From: an uncultured Actinomycetota bacterium
Lineage (GTDB): Bacteria > Actinomycetota > Acidimicrobiia > Acidimicrobiales > Bog-793
Length of the DNA stretch: 64,000 nucleotides
Assembly: GCA_963754255.1 (NCBI GenBank)
Contig: CAVWEW010000011.1
Coordinates: 34,638-98,637, forward strand
Direction of reading: 5' to 3'
Both the position numbers and the translations under genes were made by a program. This document shows, in pieces, positions 27,561-37,169 of the stretch; within the stretch, counting starts at the first letter, position 1, and every line of letters begins with the position of its first letter. Below the pieces are notes generated by a model. That model saw nothing but the letters and a program-made list of their open reading frames with translations, did not search any database and was not told where the DNA came from.

Positions 27561-28579
27561 TGTCCTTGACCCGCTTCTCGAAGGAAGACCTGGACGTCGT
27601 CCGAGCCGCTGTGCAGGTGGCATGCAACCCGATGTCCGTCGGACACCGTTCTCAAGGCCGGCTGCACACCGCACGGTTCGAAGCGATGAGGGCATCGCCC
27701 GGCGAAGACGCAACCAGGCGCGATCTGTCCCGCCGAGGCCGGGGCGCCGGCGATCGAGGGAAGCCGGGACGGGCGGGGCTCGAAGAGACGAGGTATGGAT
27801 GCGCGCAGCCCGACCGTGTACGGATGCAGCGGTCTCTCGAAGATGTCGAACACAGTGCCCGCCTCGACCACACGGCCGCCGTACATTACCTGCACCCGGT
27901 CTGCGAGCTCGGCGACGACCCCCATGTCGTGGGTGACGAGGATCACCGACATCGCCGTCTCCGTCTTGAGCTTCGCGATCAGTCGGAGGATCTGAGCCTG
28001 GATGGTCACGTCCAAGGCGGTTGTGGGCTCGTCGGCGATCAGGATGCGGGGTTGACAGGAAAGGGCGAGTGCCACCATCACACGCTGCCGCATCCCGCCC
28101 GAGAGCTCATGGGGATAGCTGTCGATCCGCTGCTCGGGGTCTGCGATACCGACTTCACGCAGCAGTGCCAGCGCACGCCGACGGGCTGCCTTATCGGACA
28201 GGTCGGAATGGGCCCGGATCTGCTCGGCCAACTGCCAGCCGATCCGGTAGACGGGGTTCAACGCCGTCATCGGATCCTGAAAGATCATCGCGATGCGGCT
28301 CCCGCGGATGCTCTGCATCTGCCGCTGAGACAGCGTCAGCAGGTCACGGTCCTCGAAGAGCACGCTGCCCTCGTAGTCGACGACGCGGTCGTCCATGAGG
28401 CGCATGACGCTCAACATCGTGACGCTCTTACCGGAACCTGACTCGCCGACGATGCACATGACCTCGTCGGGGCCGAGCGAGATCGAGACGTCATCGACGA
28501 CTTTGAGGAGGCGTTGCTCGGTACGGATATTCACGCTCAGCTGCTGGATGTCGAGCACGGGTGGGCCTGCCATTGTCAT
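27557..28579 (-). CDS. Peptide ABC transporter ATP-binding protein (DppD/OppD type)
   Basis: The start MTMAGPPVLDIQQLSV is at 28579, with an ATGA overlap onto the permease stop. Motifs include GESGSGKSV, LSGGMRQRVMVALAL, LIADEPTTALD and HPYT...GCVFAGRCP. Confidence 0.85.
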   Translation of the reverse strand: MTMAGPPVLDIQQLSVNIRTEQRLLKVVDDVSISLGPDEVMCIVGESGSGKSVTMLSVMRLMDDRVVDYEGSVLFEDRDLLTLSQRQMQSIRGSRIAMIFQDPMTALNPVYRIGWQLAEQIRAHSDLSDKAARRRALALLREVGIADPEQRIDSYPHELSGGMRQRVMVALALSCQPRILIADEPTTALDVTIQAQILRLIAKLKTETAMSVILVTHDMGVVAELADRVQVMYGGRVVEAGTVFDIFERPLHPYTVGLRASIPRLFEPRPSRLPSIAGAPASAGQIAPGCVFAGRCPHRFEPCGVQPALRTVSDGHRVACHLHSGSDDVQVFLREAGQGQ

Positions 28580-29547
28580 GCACCCCGAATCCGTGGGTCG
28601 AGCCGGGCGTACAAGATGTCGACACAGGCGTTCGCCACGATGATGAACGCCCCGCCGTACAGCACCGTCGCCATGATGACCGGCAAATCGAGGCCGATCA
28701 GCGATTGATAGGTTAAAAGGCCAACTCCGGGAAGCGAGAAGACGACCTCCGCCAGCAGCGTCCCCCCTCCCACGAGAACGCCGAAGTCGAGCCCGAACAA
28801 GCTGAGGAACGTGCTCATCGACGTCCGGAGCATGTGCCGTGCCATGACACGGCTCTCGGAGATCCCCTTCGCCCTCGCCGTGCGGATGAAGTCCTCGTTC
28901 CGCACCTCGATGAGCGCTGAGCGCAGGATGCGAGCGTAGAGGCCCACGTAGAACGCCGAGAGCACGAGCCATGGAACGACCAAGTGCTTGAACCACATAA
29001 CGGGGCTCCGCGTGAGCGACGTATAGCCCGAAGGCGGGATCCATCGGAAGAGGATGAACGAGTGCCAGCGGTCCTGGGTGACGAGGTTCGCCACCGCTCC
29101 CAACCAGAACACTGGTATCGAGACCGCCACGATGCAGAACACCATGAGGCAGCGGTCCCAGACAGTGTGGCGGAGCATTGCAGCCACGACGCCGAGGGCG
29201 ATGCTGAACACCACCCAGATGACGGCGGCTCCGAGCGCGAGGGACAGCGTCACGGGCGCCGCCGACAGGACCTCGGGGACAACCTTGACGCCCGGGTTGG
29301 CGTACGACTGGAGATTCCGCCGGATGAACAGTTGGTCCATGAGACGCCAGTACCGGACCGGAAGCGGGCGGTCGAGGCCGAATGCGTGCCGGACGGCGGC
29401 CAGGGTCTGTGGTGACGCGTTCCTCCCAGCGAGCTGGCGAGCGGGATCCACACCAGGGATGGCGAAAAATATCAAGAACACGAGCACGCTCAGGGCGAAC
29501 AGGACGACCACCATCGCAGCCAGCCGGCGCAGGATGAACCGGCTCAC
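28576..29547 (-). CDS. Peptide ABC transporter permease (DppB/OppB type)
   Basis: VSRFILRRLAAMVVVLFALSVLVFLIFFAIPGDP-like N-terminus, plus the EAA-type loop IRTARAKGISESRVMARHMLR. The GTG at 29547 forms a GTGA overlap with the upstream permease stop. Confidence 0.85.
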   Translation of the reverse strand: MSRFILRRLAAMVVVLFALSVLVFLIFFAIPGVDPARQLAGRNASPQTLAAVRHAFGLDRPLPVRYWRLMDQLFIRRNLQSYANPGVKVVPEVLSAAPVTLSLALGAAVIWVVFSIALGVVAAMLRHTVWDRCLMVFCIVAVSIPVFWLGAVANLVTQDRWHSFILFRWIPPSGYTSLTRSPVMWFKHLVVPWLVLSAFYVGLYARILRSALIEVRNEDFIRTARAKGISESRVMARHMLRTSMSTFLSLFGLDFGVLVGGGTLLAEVVFSLPGVGLLTYQSLIGLDLPVIMATVLYGGAFIIVANACVDILYARLDPRIRGA

Positions 29548-30584
29548 GTTCGCACTCGACGTCTGCTGAGCCGTCGTGGCAGGAGGCCGCGGGGGTCGAT
29601 CGAGTCTCGCACGCCGTCGCCGATGACGGTCAGGAGAACGATGGCAAGGACGAGCATCAGCCCGGGTGCCAGCGAGACCCACGGACGCGTGTAGAGCTGG
29701 CCCTGGCCATCGCTGATGAGCGTCCCCCAACTCGCATTCGGAGGCTGAACACCGATCGAGAGGTACGACAGAGATGCCTCGGTGATGATATCTGTCGCGA
29801 TCAAAAGCGGCATCAGCACGAGGACTGTCGGCATGACGTTCGGCAGCAGCTCACTCCACATGATCCGCAGGCTCGACGCTCCCTGCCCGACGGCGCTCTC
29901 GACGAACTCACGTCGCCGCAATGACAGGACCTCGCCCCGAACGGGACGGGCCAGGTACGGGACGTAGATGATCGCGATTATCAAAGTAGGCAGCCACAGG
30001 CTGTTGGGGTTGATGCTGATCGGCCCAAACTTCACGCCCTGTGTGAGCAGCACGGTCGACAAGGCGATCGCCACGAGGTAGACGGGGAACGCCCACAGCA
30101 GATCGAGCAGGCGCGAGATGACGGTATCGAGCAGGCCGCCGTAGAAGCCTGCTACGAGGGCAATGAGCGTTCCGGCTGCCGCAGTTATGAGGGCTGCACC
30201 GATGCCTATGGTCAACGATGTCCGTCCCCCGTAGAGCAGTCGGGCCGCCACGTCTCGGCCTTGGGTGTCGGCGCCGAGAAAGTAGCGGCCGGTCCAGGTC
30301 GGCCCGATGGGAGTCGACCCGAGCCCCGAGGGGTTTGTCGGCACAACCGACACCCGGTGCCCGTGAAGGATCGTCGTGCCGAGGACGTTCGAGCTGAAGG
30401 GATCGGTGTGGGCGACGAAACTGGCGTAAAGCGGCGCGCACAGGCAGGCCAGCACGAGGAATCCGAACAGCACGAGCGCCACGATGGCCGCCCGGTTGTG
30501 GAGGAGCCGGCTTAGAGCGAGCCGGCCGGGGCTCGCTCCGACGTCACCCGAATTCCGGGACGGCACAGGCGACTGCGGCGGCAC
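29544..30584 (-). CDS. Peptide ABC transporter permease (DppC/OppC type)
   Basis: LGADTQGRDVAARLLYGGRTSL and a typical DppC core (..FVESAVGQGASSLRIMWSELLPN..). The start is uncertain within the first ~30 codons. Confidence 0.8.
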   Translation of the reverse strand: MPPQSPVPSRNSGDVGASPGRLALSRLLHNRAAIVALVLFGFLVLACLCAPLYASFVAHTDPFSSNVLGTTILHGHRVSVVPTNPSGLGSTPIGPTWTGRYFLGADTQGRDVAARLLYGGRTSLTIGIGAALITAAAGTLIALVAGFYGGLLDTVISRLLDLLWAFPVYLVAIALSTVLLTQGVKFGPISINPNSLWLPTLIIAIIYVPYLARPVRGEVLSLRRREFVESAVGQGASSLRIMWSELLPNVMPTVLVLMPLLIATDIITEASLSYLSIGVQPPNASWGTLISDGQGQLYTRPWVSLAPGLMLVLAIVLLTVIGDGVRDSIDPRGLLPRRLSRRRVRT

Positions 30585-30605
30585 TGGTCAGCCGGGGCGG
30601 CCGCC

Positions 30606-32315
30606 TCACTGCACCCATGCCTGGTCGATGAGGAAGCCGCCCGTGGTCGCCTCACTGTATTCATAGTGATGGACGCGCTTAGAGACGAAGGCGAGGACCT
30701 TTGCCACATAGAGCGACACTTGTGGCGCCTGCGCCGTGACGTCACGGTCGATGGCTGCCCACAGTGCGTTGGCGGCGGGAACGTTTGTCTCCTGGACCGT
30801 CAGCGCCTGCTGGGTCTTGGCCTGGATGCTCGGGTTGCAGAAGTACGACAGGTTGGGACTCGCCGTGCTGTCCTTGTGGAAGCCGGCACAGCCGATCTCG
30901 GTCGAGAGGAAGTCCGACGCCGCCGTGAAGTCCGGATCCCAATACGTCTCGTCCATCTGGGCGTTGTTCTTAGAGTTCTGGACATAAGGGTACTCGACGG
31001 AATTCGAGAACGTCTTGAGCGTGGCGTGGTAGCCCAGCTTGTTCAGAAGGGACAAGAAGTATTGGTCGATCACCGGCGCGGGGAACGTGGGTGAGCCCAC
31101 TATGGTCACCTTGTCCCCCTTCGTGCCGGATGCCGCTATCAGCTGCTCGGCTCGGGCCATGTCCGGCGCTGTCCATTGCGTGCCAGGGTTCTTGGTGTAA
31201 GGGCAGTTCGGTTCGTACCCGGGGAAGTTCGGCGGCAGGATCTGGCAAGTTGGTGTGGCCAGCCGCGGGCCCCCCACGAGCTGGACTATGGCTTTGCGAT
31301 CGGTGGCGAAGTTGACGGCCTGCCGGGCGTCGACGTTGTTGAACGGCGGGATGAGCGTGTCAAGCGCCATGTAGTAGACGATCGGCAGGGAACTTATGTG
31401 TACCTGAGACGGATAGCGCGTGGCGATCTCGTTCAAGCGGTCCGCCGGCGGGGTGTCGTACATCCAGTCCGCCTGCCCGTTCTCGATCTCGGTGACCGCA
31501 TTCTCGTCCGAGACGCCGATCTTCATCACGATTGAATTCGGGTGACCACTCGGCTGTGCCTGCTGGGACCACTGCTTGAAATACGGATTCCGCACAAACG
31601 TCATCGTCTGATTTGGAACGTAGGACTTGATCATGTAAGGCCCTGTGGCGGGAAGTGGCTTCGTCCCGATGTCCGCATTCGGCAGGCCCGGTGGCAACAC
31701 GTAAGCGAATGGCAGGGCCAGCTCTTCGAGGAAGTTCGGGTCCGGCGCGGTCAGATGGAACGTCACAGTCCCGGCACTGTTGTCGGCAACGATTCCTCGT
31801 GAGAGGTCGCAGCTCTTCGGCGTCACCAGGCATGCCTGGCCGCCGACGATATCGGAGTAGAAGTTGACGCCGGGGCCGGGGATTTTGAACTCCCTTGTCA
31901 AGGTGGAGACGAAGTCACTCGCCAGAACGGGAGCACCGGTTGAGAACTTGATTCCCGGGCGCAACGTGAAGACGTAGGTCTTGCCGCCGTTGGTCGGAGC
32001 GGGCGCCGCTTTCGCCAGGTCGGGCACGAGGTCGTTGCCCTTCGTCCCACCCACCTGGTCCCACGTCATGAGGCCGTCGTTGGTCATACGCAGGACGTAC
32101 CAGTTGGAGTCGTAGTCCACGCTGGTGTCGATGGAGCTTCCAGCGCTGTTCCACAGCATCGTGAAGGTTCCCCCGTCATGGGACGTTGCGGAGGTTGTCT
32201 TCGACGAAGGAGCGGTCGTCGGCGACGAAGGAGAGCTCGTGGTCGAGCACCCGGCGATCATGAGGGCTGCAGCGAGAGCAGCGCAGGCAGCGCTAAGGAG
32301 CCGTGGCATTCCCAT
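30606..32315 (-). CDS. Family-5 (peptide/nickel type) ABC substrate-binding lipoprotein
   Basis: It has a lipobox (LMIAGCSTT), a Ser/Thr/Pro linker and an SBP_bac_5-like body (..KTYVFTLRPGIKFSTGAP...GTGPYMIKSYVPNQTMTFVRNPYF..). Confidence 0.85.
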   Translation of the reverse strand: MGMPRLLSAACAALAAALMIAGCSTTSSPSSPTTAPSSKTTSATSHDGGTFTMLWNSAGSSIDTSVDYDSNWYVLRMTNDGLMTWDQVGGTKGNDLVPDLAKAAPAPTNGGKTYVFTLRPGIKFSTGAPVLASDFVSTLTREFKIPGPGVNFYSDIVGGQACLVTPKSCDLSRGIVADNSAGTVTFHLTAPDPNFLEELALPFAYVLPPGLPNADIGTKPLPATGPYMIKSYVPNQTMTFVRNPYFKQWSQQAQPSGHPNSIVMKIGVSDENAVTEIENGQADWMYDTPPADRLNEIATRYPSQVHISSLPIVYYMALDTLIPPFNNVDARQAVNFATDRKAIVQLVGGPRLATPTCQILPPNFPGYEPNCPYTKNPGTQWTAPDMARAEQLIAASGTKGDKVTIVGSPTFPAPVIDQYFLSLLNKLGYHATLKTFSNSVEYPYVQNSKNNAQMDETYWDPDFTAASDFLSTEIGCAGFHKDSTASPNLSYFCNPSIQAKTQQALTVQETNVPAANALWAAIDRDVTAQAPQVSLYVAKVLAFVSKRVHHYEYSEATTGGFLIDQAWVQ

Positions 32316-32322
32316 GTCTACC

Positions 32323-34305
32323 TCACTTCATCGAAAGCTGGGTGTGATCTTCCCGTTCAGCTGGACGTCCGGGGCGGGGTCCCACTGCCCGAGCCATATC
32401 GAGCAGGCGCCGGTCACGCTCATCTCGAGCCTTGCCCGCGGCCGCGCTGATCGAGGAGCGCAGCCATGGGCCATCGGGTCGCGAACCCGGCTCTTTTTCG
32501 AGAGTGGAGAGCTCACGCCACAAGCCGGGGCTCGTCGTTAGATGGCTTCGCCTCGCCCAAGACCGGGCGACTGCGCCGGCGGCGCCGCGACCGTTGTAGG
32601 CGGCGAAGGCCGGTTCGGACAGGTAAGGGAACATCGAGTGCGCTCCCACCTTGCGCAAGTGGCGGGCGGCCGTCGCACCGTCGCCAGCGTCGATTGCGGT
32701 AAGGGCGGCGTCCATGGAGGCGATGTCGCCATCGATCTGGGCGTGCGGGTAGCAAGCGTGGTTGCGTTGGTCGAGAGCGACGAGTCCGCGTCCGACGCGC
32801 TTGAATGCCGCCCGGGGTGCGGCCTCCCGGTGGTGCCGGGCGGCGGCGGCCAACGGTTCTCCCGCTCGCCCGGCATCGCGGGCTATCGCGCTCAGTTGGC
32901 GCGCCCGTGCACCCTGGTCAATGAAGGTCTCAGCCTGACGGTCGGCCTCCATGATCAAAAGGGCGTAGAAGCGCGCCTGCATGGCCATGTACCCGAAGTC
33001 GAGGATTGACACAGTGTCGAGCTGGGTGTGGTAATCCGTTTTGCTGAAAGGCGTCCCCCAGGCATACGCAGCCACGCTCGGGACGCCGGCCACCAGGAAT
33101 GGCCACAGCTCCGTCCCAGGCGAAGGGGGACCGAGGCGCCACCCCATAGGCAGCCATCCCTCGTCGGCGGCGGCGCGAGTCGTCCGTCTTGCCCAAGCAG
33201 CCAGCTCGACAGGCGTCTCGACGAGCATGCGCAGGTCATGATGGCCCGTCGCCTCGACGCAAAGATGGAATGGCGCCCGCACGCTCCACTCGGGATGAGT
33301 GGTGGTCACCTGCTCCCACGCTCCGATGCACCAGTCATAGAAGCTGTTCGCTATGCCGTACTCCTCACCAGTACGGGTCGTGAAGCACACGGTGTGGCGC
33401 AGGTGGTGCCCCGACCCGGCCACGGCTCTCGCGATGGCCAACATTGCCGCCACACCGCTCGCGTTGTCGAAAGCGCCGTAGAACCATCCATCGTGGTGTG
33501 CTCCGACAACGATGGGTCCGGGGCGCTCCCCCGGCCAGTACCCGACGACGTTTCGCCCCTGTGTGCGGAGCTGCATGTCGGCGTCGAGCGTCAGGTGCGC
33601 GTCGGCCGGTCCCTCCCGAAGGCGTGCCCGCAGGGCGACGACGTCTTCGCTGCGGAGCGTGACCATCGGTGGCGCCGGAGCGACCCATTGCCCGTCGAAC
33701 GCGCCGAGAGCGCCGGGCGACTGGTACCACGGGCCTTTGTCAGGACAGTTCATGACGATGGCCACGGCGCCGCGGTTGGCGAGCTCCACGGCCACAGCGG
33801 AAGGGGCCACACGGCTGTCGCGCCAATCGAGCAACGCAACAGCACCGGCGAGATCGAGGCGAGAGAGGGTACGACGTCTTCCGGTCCCGACATCGACGAG
33901 ACGGCCCCGCAAGCCACCGGGCGGTGTCGGGGGGACGCCACCGAAGCTCGCCCCTTCGTAGGTGGCACCATCCACTTCCACCGTCGCCGACTTGAAGCGC
34001 CATCCGTCCACCTCAACCTCTTCCACGGCAACGTCGGCAAGGCCGATGGCGGCCATCTCGTCTGCGACGAAGGAGGCGACAGCGGCATCCTCGGGTGTGC
34101 CCGTGGTCCGGAAGCCGCGAGAGCTCGACCCAATGCTGCTCAGATGCTCGACGACGCGGCGCATGTAGCTCTCGTCGATCGAGAGGCCGCGGACTGTCGC
34201 GAGCGGACCCGCCGTGTCCTGCGAGCACGTGCTCCGCCGCGACGACTGCAGTCGTGACGGTTGAGGGCCGGCCGGCGTACTTTTAGCCACTATAAGTCTC
34301 CCCAT
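32323..34305 (-). CDS. M28 family metallopeptidase with a long helical C-terminal region
   Basis: VVGAHHDGWFYGAFDNASGVAAMLAIA and TGEEYG match the M28 metal-ligand pattern (H-D...D...EE). The start directly abuts the upstream stop (TGAATG). Confidence 0.7.
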   Translation of the reverse strand: MGRLIVAKSTPAGPQPSRLQSSRRSTCSQDTAGPLATVRGLSIDESYMRRVVEHLSSIGSSSRGFRTTGTPEDAAVASFVADEMAAIGLADVAVEEVEVDGWRFKSATVEVDGATYEGASFGGVPPTPPGGLRGRLVDVGTGRRRTLSRLDLAGAVALLDWRDSRVAPSAVAVELANRGAVAIVMNCPDKGPWYQSPGALGAFDGQWVAPAPPMVTLRSEDVVALRARLREGPADAHLTLDADMQLRTQGRNVVGYWPGERPGPIVVGAHHDGWFYGAFDNASGVAAMLAIARAVAGSGHHLRHTVCFTTRTGEEYGIANSFYDWCIGAWEQVTTTHPEWSVRAPFHLCVEATGHHDLRMLVETPVELAAWARRTTRAAADEGWLPMGWRLGPPSPGTELWPFLVAGVPSVAAYAWGTPFSKTDYHTQLDTVSILDFGYMAMQARFYALLIMEADRQAETFIDQGARARQLSAIARDAGRAGEPLAAAARHHREAAPRAAFKRVGRGLVALDQRNHACYPHAQIDGDIASMDAALTAIDAGDGATAARHLRKVGAHSMFPYLSEPAFAAYNGRGAAGAVARSWARRSHLTTSPGLWRELSTLEKEPGSRPDGPWLRSSISAAAGKARDERDRRLLDMARAVGPRPGRPAEREDHTQLSMK

Positions 34306-35466
34306 TCAGTCATAGGCATAGGGAAAGGGGGCTTGGATCGGCTCACCCTCCTCGAACCTGCCCGGTCGGAAAGGCTCCAGGTCTACCGACGCAGATCTGC
34401 TCCCCGTTACGAGCTCGGCGATCGACTCGCCCACCGCCGGCGAGATCTTGAAGCCCATGCCGGACAGGCCGACCGCCACGACCAAGCCGGTCGTTCCGGG
34501 GACTTCTCCGAGCAACGGGCGCCAATCTGGTGTCATGTCATAAGCGCCCGTGACACTCGGGCCGATACCGGCTTCAGCGAGGCACGGAACCCGGAGTGAC
34601 GTCGCTTCCACCATGGCGGCCAGTTCGTCGGGAGTGCCGGCTTGCGGGATGGTGTCCGGGTCCATGCCTCGAGGGCCCGTGAAACTGCCAATCAGCGTGC
34701 GGGCCCCTCCCGCCTCGGGTCGGAAGTACGTCTGAGTGGTCGAATCTATGCAGGCGACCGAGACACCTCGCCCCGGAGGGTGACTCACCACGGCTACCTG
34801 ATGGAACTCCGTCTCGAGCTGCAGCTTGATACCGGCGGAACCGAGCAGCGGGGGGGCCCACACGCCGGCGGCGAGCACGACAGTCCCGGCGCTGGTGATC
34901 CCGTCTGCGGTTTCGACTCCGACTATACGATCACCCTCGCGGACCAGGCGGTGCACCGGTGTGTTGGGACGATAGGAGACCCCGCTCCGACGCGCCGCAG
35001 TGAGAAGGTCACCGGCCACGACGGATCCGTCGCCGTACCCACCGTTCGGCTCCCAAGCCGCGCAGGCTACGTCGTCGACCCGAAAGCCTGGTGCGACATG
35101 GGCTAGCTCGTCGCCGTCGAGCAACTCGACACGTGCTCCGACGGATTGCTGCATCTCGACATTCGTGCGAAGCCGGGCCTCCTCTCCCGGTGCGACGATG
35201 CGGACGAAACCGACTCGGCGGATGCACGAGGGCTGCCCCACCAGGTCGGGCCACTGCTCGAACATCCGGTCGCTTCGAACAGCAAGTTCGACCTCAGGTT
35301 TGAACGTGTAATGCATCCGAACCAGAGCCGAGGACCTGCTGCTCATTCCGGAGCCCACAGTGCCGCGGTCGATCACCTCGACATCGGCAGCACCCAATCT
35401 CGCCAAGTGGAACGCAGTTGCGGCACCAATCACCCCGGCCCCGACGACGATGACCTCCGCGCTCAT
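34306..35466 (-). CDS. FAD-dependent oxidoreductase (DAO / sarcosine-oxidase-beta-like), second copy
   Basis: MSAEVIVVGAGVIGAATAFHLARLGAADVEVIDR starts at ATG 35466. The tail is ..GLSGMGFKISPAVGESIAELV...FRPGRFEEG. The longer track ORF (to 35607) adds an implausible N-terminal extension. Confidence 0.8.
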   Translation of the reverse strand: MSAEVIVVGAGVIGAATAFHLARLGAADVEVIDRGTVGSGMSSRSSALVRMHYTFKPEVELAVRSDRMFEQWPDLVGQPSCIRRVGFVRIVAPGEEARLRTNVEMQQSVGARVELLDGDELAHVAPGFRVDDVACAAWEPNGGYGDGSVVAGDLLTAARRSGVSYRPNTPVHRLVREGDRIVGVETADGITSAGTVVLAAGVWAPPLLGSAGIKLQLETEFHQVAVVSHPPGRGVSVACIDSTTQTYFRPEAGGARTLIGSFTGPRGMDPDTIPQAGTPDELAAMVEATSLRVPCLAEAGIGPSVTGAYDMTPDWRPLLGEVPGTTGLVVAVGLSGMGFKISPAVGESIAELVTGSRSASVDLEPFRPGRFEEGEPIQAPFPYAYD

Positions 35467-35694
35467 TTGGCTCCGCTCACTTCGGATGTTCCCGTCGGGA
35501 CCATAACCGCCCCTTGTCCTCGCGGCAAGGATCCGGGAATGCCCGAGGAGACGCTTTCCGAAGAGGGAATTGCGCTGCCCCCGCCTGAGCCGCCGCGGCG
35601 ACGGCATGGCGTGGGCCCCGACTCACTGGGCCGGATTCTGCGAGGTGACCTGTTTGCGACTTCGCGATAGAGATCCCGGCTGAATCAAACAACA

Positions 35695-36584
35695 TCATCG
35701 GGTCTCCGTTCGGGCTTTGTTGTCAGTGCTGCGATGGTAGGCGAGGCGACGGAGCCGGGCTGCTTCGAGACCGGCCACCCGCGCCTTTCTGATGAGGGCA
35801 CCGCGGCCGTCATGCTCGTCGTTAGGAGTTACGTAGCCGATGCCGGCGTGCAGCCGGCCGTCATTCCAGTGCTGGCGGATGATGGCGAGCTCGGCGCGCA
35901 GCACGACAGGGTCGGTGATCGCCTCAAGATGGGGATGCTCGGCCTTCAGGTGTCCGAAGAAACTCTCGATCCAGGCCTGGTCGGTCGGCGTGCCGGGACG
36001 ACCGAAGTGTTGGGCGATGGCGCACAGCGCCATGAACTCACGCGTAGAGCCGGAGGTCATCTGGGCCCCATTGTCGGAGACGACGAGCAGGATCGGCCTC
36101 GCCTCGTCATCTCGTGTGATGTCGTCGAGGCCATCTGCCCGGCGCTCAAGGACCTCGAGGAGGCCTTCGGAGGAGAGGGCGTCGGTGAAGACGATCTCGA
36201 TCTGGGTGGAGGTCTCCTCAGACGAGACGATCTCCCCGATCCACTTGCGGCTGACGAGGTCCTCGACGACGTTGACGGCCAACTTGGCGCGGGGAAAGTG
36301 CGTCGTGTCGTAGATCGAGATCTGGCACGGCCGGTACTCGACCCACTCGGGGAAGGGCTTTCGGACCGAGGATCCGGGCCGGGTCGGCGGGTTGAGATGA
36401 AGGTCGTGAGCAGCAAGGACGCGCCGTACAGAGGCCGGAGAGACCCAGACGCGGCTCGCAGATATGAGCCGCGGTGGGCGAGCTTTCGGTGCGAGCGGTC
36501 GACATCTCCCCATTCGTTGTAGAGGGCGATGATCTCGTTGATCTCGTCGTCCAAGAGGCCGTGCCTCGGTAGCGAGCAACCCAC
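35695..36584 (-). mobile_element. IS transposase remnant (rve/DDE integrase core), 5'-truncated and frameshifted near 36450-36465
   Basis: ORF 35695..36579 carries ..IYDTTHF...LVVSDNGAQMTS...GRPGTPTDQAWIESFFGHLKAEH...HWNDGRLHAGIGYVTP. Its N-terminal part (LLDDEINEIIALYNEWGDVDRSHRKLAHRGSYL) lies in a different frame (ORF 36057..36584). No HTH/OrfA part is present. Confidence 0.7.
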
Positions 36585-36639
36585 TACTGGCGCTAGCGGC
36601 CGGGGCGGGCGATGCCGAGAAAACCCCGACCCGTACCGC

Positions 36640-37107
36640 CGAAGGTCAGCTCGCGGTCCACGGCGACCGGGGCTCGTCCATGACCTCGAACCCGGTCGTC
36701 GAGCTGCTCAACTTCCTCGGCATCGCCCGGAGCCACAGCCGCCCGCACGTGAGCAACGACAATTGCTACTCCGAGGCGAACTTCAAGACGCTCAAGTACT
36801 GCCCGGCCTTTCCCGAACGCTTCGGCTCGATCGAGAACCGCGGGCGTTCTGCTCAGCGTTCTTCGCCTACTACAACCACGACCACCGCCACTCTGGCATC
36901 TCGTACCACACGCCCGCCTCCGTCCACTACGGCACCGCGGCCGAGGTCCGTGCCCAGCGGGCCGAGACGCTCGACGCCGCCTATGCCGCCAACCCGGCCC
37001 GCTTCCGCCACCGCCGGCCGCAGCCGCCGAAGCTGCCGAAGCTGCCGAGCATCGCCTGGATCAACGAGCCCCCGCCGCCGAACGACGGTACACAGAAGGC
37101 GTCGTAA
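36640..37107 (+). mobile_element. C-terminal fragment of a second, different rve/DDE (IS3-family-like) transposase, frameshifted near 36838-36843
   Basis: ..VHGDRGSSMTSNPVVELLNFLGIARSHSRPHVSNDNCYSEANFKTLKYCPAFPERFGSIEN is in one frame. RAFCSAFFAYYNHDHRHSGISYHTPASVHYG...NPARF...AWINEP is in another. The 5' end abuts the oppositely oriented remnant at about 36590-36640. Confidence 0.65.
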
Positions 37108-37169
37108 CAAAGTGTCTCAATACGCTTGACAGGTTCCGCAGCGAGCAGGAAGGTTGAGTTCTGATTCTC

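Noticed and set aside
36440-36470. Programmed -1 ribosomal frameshift in the IS transposase, as in IS3-family OrfA/OrfB.
   Set aside because: The frame change lies inside the integrase-core (OrfB-type) region, not at an OrfA/OrfB junction. No A6G-type slippery heptamer is visible, and the OrfA part is absent altogether. It is more consistent with decay or error.
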